Source: Candidatus Methylomirabilia bacterium (GTDB lineage: Bacteria; Methylomirabilota; Methylomirabilia; Rokubacteriales; CSP1-6). Taken from it: 44,366 nt of DNA. The notes beneath the pieces were generated by a model. The model made no database searches. It was given only the letters and a program-made list of their open reading frames with translations, and was not told the origin of the DNA. Numbering within the stretch: position 1 is the first letter of the stretch; every line of letters begins with the position of its first letter. Location of the stretch: contig JBGPXN010000018.1 of the NCBI GenBank assembly GCA_041492755.1, positions 1 to 44,366 of the forward strand, written 5' to 3'. This document shows, one piece after another, positions 36,964-44,366 of the stretch. The position numbers and the translations under genes are program-made.

Positions 36964-38169
36964 TTGATCCTCGACGGCAAGGCCGTCGCCGCCAAGGTCC
37001 TCGCCGACGTGCGCGCGCGCGTGGCGCGCCTGCGCGAGACCCGCGGCGTGACGCCCACCCTGGCCGTGATCCTGGTCGGCGACTTCGCGCCGTCGAAGAT
37101 CTACGTCAACAACAAGAAGAAGGCGGCCGACAGCGTCGGCATCGCCTCCCGGGACTACCTGTACCCGGAGGGACTCTCGCAGGGCGAGCTGCTGAAGCTC
37201 ATCGCGTTCCTCAACGAGGACTCCGCCGTCCACGGCATCCTGTTGCAGCTTCCGCTGCCGGACGGACTGGACGAGGACGCCGCCATCGCGGCCATCGCGC
37301 CCGAGAAGGACGCGGACGGCTTCCATCCCCAGAACCTCGGACGGCTCCTCGCCGGGAAGCCCGGCGTGCTGCCGGCGACGCCCGCCGGCTGCATGGCGAT
37401 CCTCGACCACTACGGCGCCGACCTGCAGGGCGCGGAAGCCGTCGTGGTGGGACGCTCGCGAATCGTGGGCAAGCCGCTGGCCCAGCTCCTGCTCGCGCGT
37501 CACGCCACCGTCACCATGTGCCACACGCGAACGCGCGATCTCGCTGCGCACACGCGGCGCGCCGACGTCCTCTGCGTGGCGGCCGGGCGCGCCGGCGTGA
37601 TCACCGGCGACATGGTGAAGCCGGGTGCGTGGGTCATCGACGTCGGGACCAACCGCCTGCCGACGGGCAAGCTCGTGGGCGACGTCGACTTCGCCTCGGT
37701 GAGCCTGGTCGCGCACGCGATCACGCCGGTGCCGGGCGGCGTGGGGCCGATGACGGTCGCCATGCTCCTGGGCAACACGCTGCGGGCGGCGGAGCGCACG
37801 GCGCCGGCCGGGCCGCCCGTCTTCCGGCGCGAGAACGGCACCACGTACGTGGACGAGTCCATCGAGGTCACCGGCAAGCACGAGTTCCCCGGCTCGGTGG
37901 TGGTGCACGGCCGCTACCTGGGCGAGCTCGCGGCCACCGAGACGATCGTGGTGGGCGAGCGCGCGGTCGTGAACGCCACCCTTCAGGCGTCGACCGTCGT
38001 CATCCATGGCCGGGTGACCGGCCACGTCGTGGCCACGCAGGAGGTCGAGATCGGCGCGCGCGGGTGTCTCATCGGCGACGTGGAATCGCCGTCGGTCATG
38101 ATCACGAAGGGCGGCTACTTCGACGGCCACGTCCGCGACGTGGGTGACCCGTCGGGCTCGGGCGCGTGA
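36964..38169 (+). CDS. folD: Methylene-THF dehydrogenase/cyclohydrolase fused to a C-terminal bactofilin domain
   Basis: GILLQLPLP, KDADGFHP, GRSRIVGKP, TPVPGGVGPMT; then, without a stop, TYVDESIEVTG...VHGRYLGEL...IHGRVTGHV...GDVESPSVMITKGGYFDGHV. Confidence 0.92.
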   Translation: MILDGKAVAAKVLADVRARVARLRETRGVTPTLAVILVGDFAPSKIYVNNKKKAADSVGIASRDYLYPEGLSQGELLKLIAFLNEDSAVHGILLQLPLPDGLDEDAAIAAIAPEKDADGFHPQNLGRLLAGKPGVLPATPAGCMAILDHYGADLQGAEAVVVGRSRIVGKPLAQLLLARHATVTMCHTRTRDLAAHTRRADVLCVAAGRAGVITGDMVKPGAWVIDVGTNRLPTGKLVGDVDFASVSLVAHAITPVPGGVGPMTVAMLLGNTLRAAERTAPAGPPVFRRENGTTYVDESIEVTGKHEFPGSVVVHGRYLGELAATETIVVGERAVVNATLQASTVVIHGRVTGHVVATQEVEIGARGCLIGDVESPSVMITKGGYFDGHVRDVGDPSGSGA

Positions 38170-38194
38170 GGAGCCCCGGACTCCCACGCCGGCC

Positions 38195-39553
38195 ATGAGC
38201 GCCGAGCGCACCGTCTGGACCGTGTCCGAGCTGACCGAGCGCGTGCGCGCGGCGCTCGAAGAGCGGTTCCCGGCCGTCTGGGTGGAAGGCGAGATCAGCA
38301 ACTTCCGGCTCTACGGCTCGGGCCACGCCTACTTCACGCTCAAGGACGAGAGCGCGCAGGTGCGCGCCGTGCTCTTCCGCAACCGCGGCCGGCGCCTGCG
38401 CTTCGAGCCCGGCGACGGCCAATACGTGCTCGCCTTCGGCAGCCTCGAGGTCTACGCCCAGCGGGGTGAATACCAGCTCGTCGTCGAGCTGCTCGAGCCG
38501 CGCGGCCTCGGCGCGCTGCAGCTCGCCTTCGAGCAGCTCAAGGAGCGTCTCGGCCAGGAAGGCCTCTTCGAGGCCGCGCGCAAGCGGCCGTTGCCCCGCT
38601 TCCCGAAGACGATCGGCATCGTGACGTCGCCGTCGGGCGCGGCCATCCGCGACATGCTGCGGATCATCGGCCGGCGCTTCGCCGGCCTGCACATCGTCAT
38701 CGCGCCCGCGCGCGTACAGGGCGACGGGGCGGGGACGGAGATCGCGCACGGCATTCAGGATCTCAACGCGCTCGGTGGCGTCGACGTCGTCATCGTCGGA
38801 CGCGGCGGCGGCTCGCTGGAAGACCTCTGGGCCTTCAACGAGGAAGTCGTCGCCCGCGCCATCGCCGGCTCGAAGATCCCGGTGATCTCGGCGGTGGGCC
38901 ACGAGGTCGACTTCACGATCGCCGACTTCGTGGCCGACCTGCGGGCGCCGACGCCGTCGGCCGCGGCGGAGCTGGTGGTGCGCGAGAAGCAGGCGGTGGC
39001 CGACGCCGTCAGCGACCTGCGCGGGCGCCTGGAGCGCGCCATGACGGGCCGGGTGGAGCGCGAGCGGCGCCGCCACCAGGCCCTGGCCAGCCGGCGCGTG
39101 CTCACCGATCCGTCGCGCCCGCTCCGCGATCGGGAGCGGCGGCTCGATGATGCGCGCCGTCGGCTCGAGCGCGCCGCCGCGCTCGTGCTGCGCCGGGCCC
39201 AGCACCGCGTGGAGCTGGCGACGCGTGGCCTGCGCGCGGCCAGCCCCTTCACGCGGCTGGCCGCGGACCGTCACCGGCTGTCCGGCTTGCACGGCAGACT
39301 CCACGCCGGGATCGCCCGCCGGTTGACCGGGGCGGAACACCGGTTCGGCTCGACCGCCGGACGCTTGCAGTCGCTGTCGCCGCTGGGTGTTCTGGGGCGG
39401 GGCTATAGCCTCGCGCTGACGCCGTCGGGGACCGTCGTCCGCAGCGCGGCCGACGTTCGGCCGGGGGACGAGGTGCGGGTGTTACTGGACGAAGGCGCGC
39501 TCGACTGTCGGGTGGAGCGCACCAGGGAGCACGATGACCGACCTCAACTTTGA
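38195..39553 (+). CDS. xseA: Exodeoxyribonuclease VII large subunit
   Basis: VWVEGEISN, SGHAYFTLKD, GRGGGSLEDLWAFNEE, DLRAPTPSAAAE, LGRGYS. Confidence 0.97.
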   Translation: MSAERTVWTVSELTERVRAALEERFPAVWVEGEISNFRLYGSGHAYFTLKDESAQVRAVLFRNRGRRLRFEPGDGQYVLAFGSLEVYAQRGEYQLVVELLEPRGLGALQLAFEQLKERLGQEGLFEAARKRPLPRFPKTIGIVTSPSGAAIRDMLRIIGRRFAGLHIVIAPARVQGDGAGTEIAHGIQDLNALGGVDVVIVGRGGGSLEDLWAFNEEVVARAIAGSKIPVISAVGHEVDFTIADFVADLRAPTPSAAAELVVREKQAVADAVSDLRGRLERAMTGRVERERRRHQALASRRVLTDPSRPLRDRERRLDDARRRLERAAALVLRRAQHRVELATRGLRAASPFTRLAADRHRLSGLHGRLHAGIARRLTGAEHRFGSTAGRLQSLSPLGVLGRGYSLALTPSGTVVRSAADVRPGDEVRVLLDEGALDCRVERTREHDDRPQL

Positions 39554-39773
39554 AGACTGCCTCACGCGACTCGAGCAGATCGTGACCGCGCTCGAGGCCG
39601 GGAACCTGCCGCTGGAAGACTCGCTGAAAGTCTTCGAGGAAGGCGTGGCGCTCTCGCGCCACTGCGCCAAGTATCTCGCGGAGGCCGAGCGTCGGATCGA
39701 GATCCTGGCCAAGGACGACGCCGGCGCGCTGAGCCAGAAGCCGTTTCCGTGGGAAGCCGAGGAAGAAGCGTGA
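39534..39773 (+). CDS. xseB: Exodeoxyribonuclease VII small subunit
   Basis: FEDCLTRLEQIV..LE.G.LPLEDSLKVFEEG. Confidence 0.95.
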   Translation: MTDLNFEDCLTRLEQIVTALEAGNLPLEDSLKVFEEGVALSRHCAKYLAEAERRIEILAKDDAGALSQKPFPWEAEEEA

Positions 39774-39792
39774 GGCGTCACGGAGAACAGAC

Positions 39793-42246
<2,454 letters not shown>

Positions 42247-42308
42247 CGGTGGCGAGCTCCCGCCCGATCACCGTGCCCGTCGCGCGCCGGAACGCGTAGA
42301 GACCAGCG

Positions 42309-43832
42309 GTGGACTGGTTCTGGGCGCTGCTCTTCGTCGTTTCCTCGTTCTTCAACGGCCGCGCCGCGTTCAAGCTGCTGGTGGACTGGAAAGGCATGCT
42401 CACCACCTGCCGCTTCGTCGAGAACGCGTACGCCAAGCTCGACGGGCTTCCCGACGAGGCCCAGCTCGAGCGCGCGCCCGCCGCGCCCGTGTTCCTGCAC
42501 CTGGTGCCCGCCTACCAGGAGCCGGAGATCGCGGGGACGCTGCGCGCGCTCCTCGGCTCGCGCTACCCGCACGGCAAGCTGCACGTGGTGGTCGTGACCA
42601 AGGACGACGAAGAGCACCACCCCCATCCGCTGATGGCGGCCACGACGGCCGAGCTGGTGCGCCGGTTCCGGCTGGAGCTGCCCCCGTACCAGCAGAAGAT
42701 GCTCTCGCAGCTGGTGATGCCGGGCCCGGGGCGCAAGGCCCATCAGCTCAACTGGGCCCTGCGCGACGACGCCGTGCGCGCTCTGCTCGGCGACGATTGC
42801 GATTCCACGCGCGTCTATGTCGGCGTGAGCGACGCCGACTCGCTCCCGGATCGCAACGTCTACCGCTGGATCGCGGCCGACGTGCTGGCGCGCGACGGCG
42901 GCAGCCGGGCCTACCAGGGCGTGACGCTGTCCGTCGCGAACTTCGACCGTCTCGACCAGCGCGGCCGCGTCTGCGCCATCCAGCAGTCCTCGATCTTCAT
43001 CCGGGTGTCGATCGCCCGGCTGATCAACGAGGCCCGCCGCCTCCGCTGGTTCGAGGGGTTGCGCGCGCGTCACCCGCGCGTGGCCGCCGTGGTGCGCCCG
43101 GTGTTCGAGTTCTGCTTCCGCCGCTCGCAGATCTGTCTCGGTCACAACCAGTTCGTGCGCATGGACACGCTGCGCGCGCTCGGGGGCTTCCCGCCCTCGG
43201 GCGCGACGGAAGACTCCACGCTCGGCTACGCCCTCGGCGCCGCCGGCGTGGTCATGTCCCCGGTGCCCATGCTGGAGCTGAACGACCTGCCGGAGAGCAC
43301 CGAGAAGATGGTCCGGCAGAACGCCCGCTGGTACAAAGGCGTGCTCGACGACGTGGCCTTCCTCTGGCGCACCTGGCGCGCCGCGCCCACCGCCTACAAC
43401 GCCGCCCAGCTCGTCCGCCACGCCGGCAACAAGGTGGTGGAGTGGCCGATCGCGGCGATCGTGTATCCTGTGATCGGCTTTCTCGGCTGGCACCTCGCGT
43501 ACCGCTTCTCCGACCAGCCGGTGTGGTTCCTGCTCGGCATCGCGTTCCCCTCGCTGTCCCTGTCGATGACGATCTGGGTCGGTGGCATCGTGACCCAGGA
43601 CCTGATCGAAAGCCTGACCCCGTACTTCCCGCGCCCGGTCAGCATCGCGCGCACCACCCTGCGCGCGAAGTTCTGGGGCATCTTCCGGTGTCAGACGTAC
43701 TGGCTGCTGGCCACGCGCGGCGCCTGGCGCGTGCTCGCGTCGCTGGCGCGGACGGGGCGCTACGAGGCGGGGAAGACGGATCGGGTCGTGCGATCGGACG
43801 CGCATGCGGTCGTGCTGGGAGGCCCGCGATGA
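42309..43832 (+). CDS. Membrane-bound family 2 glycosyltransferase (processive type)
   Basis: VPAYQE, KAHQLN, DAD, TED, QNARW (QxxRW); TM helices at both ends. Confidence 0.85.
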   Translation: MDWFWALLFVVSSFFNGRAAFKLLVDWKGMLTTCRFVENAYAKLDGLPDEAQLERAPAAPVFLHLVPAYQEPEIAGTLRALLGSRYPHGKLHVVVVTKDDEEHHPHPLMAATTAELVRRFRLELPPYQQKMLSQLVMPGPGRKAHQLNWALRDDAVRALLGDDCDSTRVYVGVSDADSLPDRNVYRWIAADVLARDGGSRAYQGVTLSVANFDRLDQRGRVCAIQQSSIFIRVSIARLINEARRLRWFEGLRARHPRVAAVVRPVFEFCFRRSQICLGHNQFVRMDTLRALGGFPPSGATEDSTLGYALGAAGVVMSPVPMLELNDLPESTEKMVRQNARWYKGVLDDVAFLWRTWRAAPTAYNAAQLVRHAGNKVVEWPIAAIVYPVIGFLGWHLAYRFSDQPVWFLLGIAFPSLSLSMTIWVGGIVTQDLIESLTPYFPRPVSIARTTLRAKFWGIFRCQTYWLLATRGAWRVLASLARTGRYEAGKTDRVVRSDAHAVVLGGPR

Positions 43833-43975
43833 GTCGAGAGGTCGTGACGTCCAGGCCGGCGAGAACGTGGCGAATCTCCGTCCGCTTCGGGTGATTCGGC
43901 GCGTCGCCTGACGCTCGCCGTCCACGCCGCGACCCCTCGCGCGTGTCGGGGTTTCGATTTTTCGCGACGTGACGG

Positions 43976-44004
43976 TTGACAGCGTCGAGGACGCGCTGTA
44001 CGGT
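43976..44004 (+). promoter_or_regulatory. sigma70 promoter of tRNA-fMet
   Basis: ttgaca-17 nt-tacggt. Confidence 0.65.
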
Positions 44005-44015
44005 TACTTGGTCAC

Positions 44016-44092
<77 letters not shown>

Positions 44093-44102
44093 ACGTCAGG
44101 CA

Positions 44103-44132
44103 AACGGCCTCTTGGGCAGCCAGGAGGCCGTT
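44103..44132. terminator. Hairpin downstream of tRNA-fMet
   Basis: aacggcctc ... gaggccgtt stem. Confidence 0.5.
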
Positions 44133-44162
44133 CGCGTTTACCCGTCCGGACAACACGGCACG

Positions 44163-44366
44163 TCATTCCTTCGCGTCCGAGGGGCGCGGCGTGAGCGTCA
44201 TCTCACCGTCGAGGTGCTTGGCGATTTCGGCGCGCGCGCGGACGGGATCCCGCCGGAGCAGATCCTCCAGCCGCTCGAGCTTCTGCCGGACCCACGCGGG
44301 ATGCACGATCGGCGGGGTCGAGGGCGCGGCTTCGAGCGCGGCGAACTGCTGGCGGAGCGCGTCGAG
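44163..44366 (-). mobile_element. C-terminal part of a probable large serine recombinase / integrated element at tRNA-fMet (5' truncated by window)
   Basis: LDALRQQFAALE...WVRQKLERLEDLLRRDPVRARAEIAKHLDGEMTLTP...KE*; the same frame continues past TGA to LVAWAGFEPATFGL* antisense to the tRNA. Confidence 0.6.

Overview
Very GC-rich bacterial chromosome segment. The gene repertoire and GC-rich palindromic repeats suggest Candidatus Rokubacteria / Methylomirabilota, which is an inference. Left half (1-24.4 kb) is accessory and metabolic: a sensor-less His kinase plus REC-AraC regulator, an SDR, a large Zn-ribbon/class III cyclase/AAA/TPR protein, a GNAT, two NitT/TauT-type ABC transporter clusters around a ThDP enzyme, a dienelactone hydrolase, a MazEF-like TA pair, an amidase, a DedA/VTT protein and three gene remnants. 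It also holds an unusual three-gene operon: an NHLP-leader-like small protein, a cNMP-binding protein and an RRE-fused M50-like protein with HQxxH. Right half is core: DAHP synthase under an aromatic-residue leader-peptide attenuator, a TonB-like protein, then tRNA-Val, thrS-infC-rpmI-rplT-pheS-pheT-zapB-zapA-6S RNA-rny-ymdB-folD (fused to a bactofilin domain)-xseA-xseB-ispA-eno-ftsB-GT2, and tRNA-fMet abutting the C-terminus of a probable serine recombinase (an integrated element). Family assignments come from motif recognition by eye; no searches were run.
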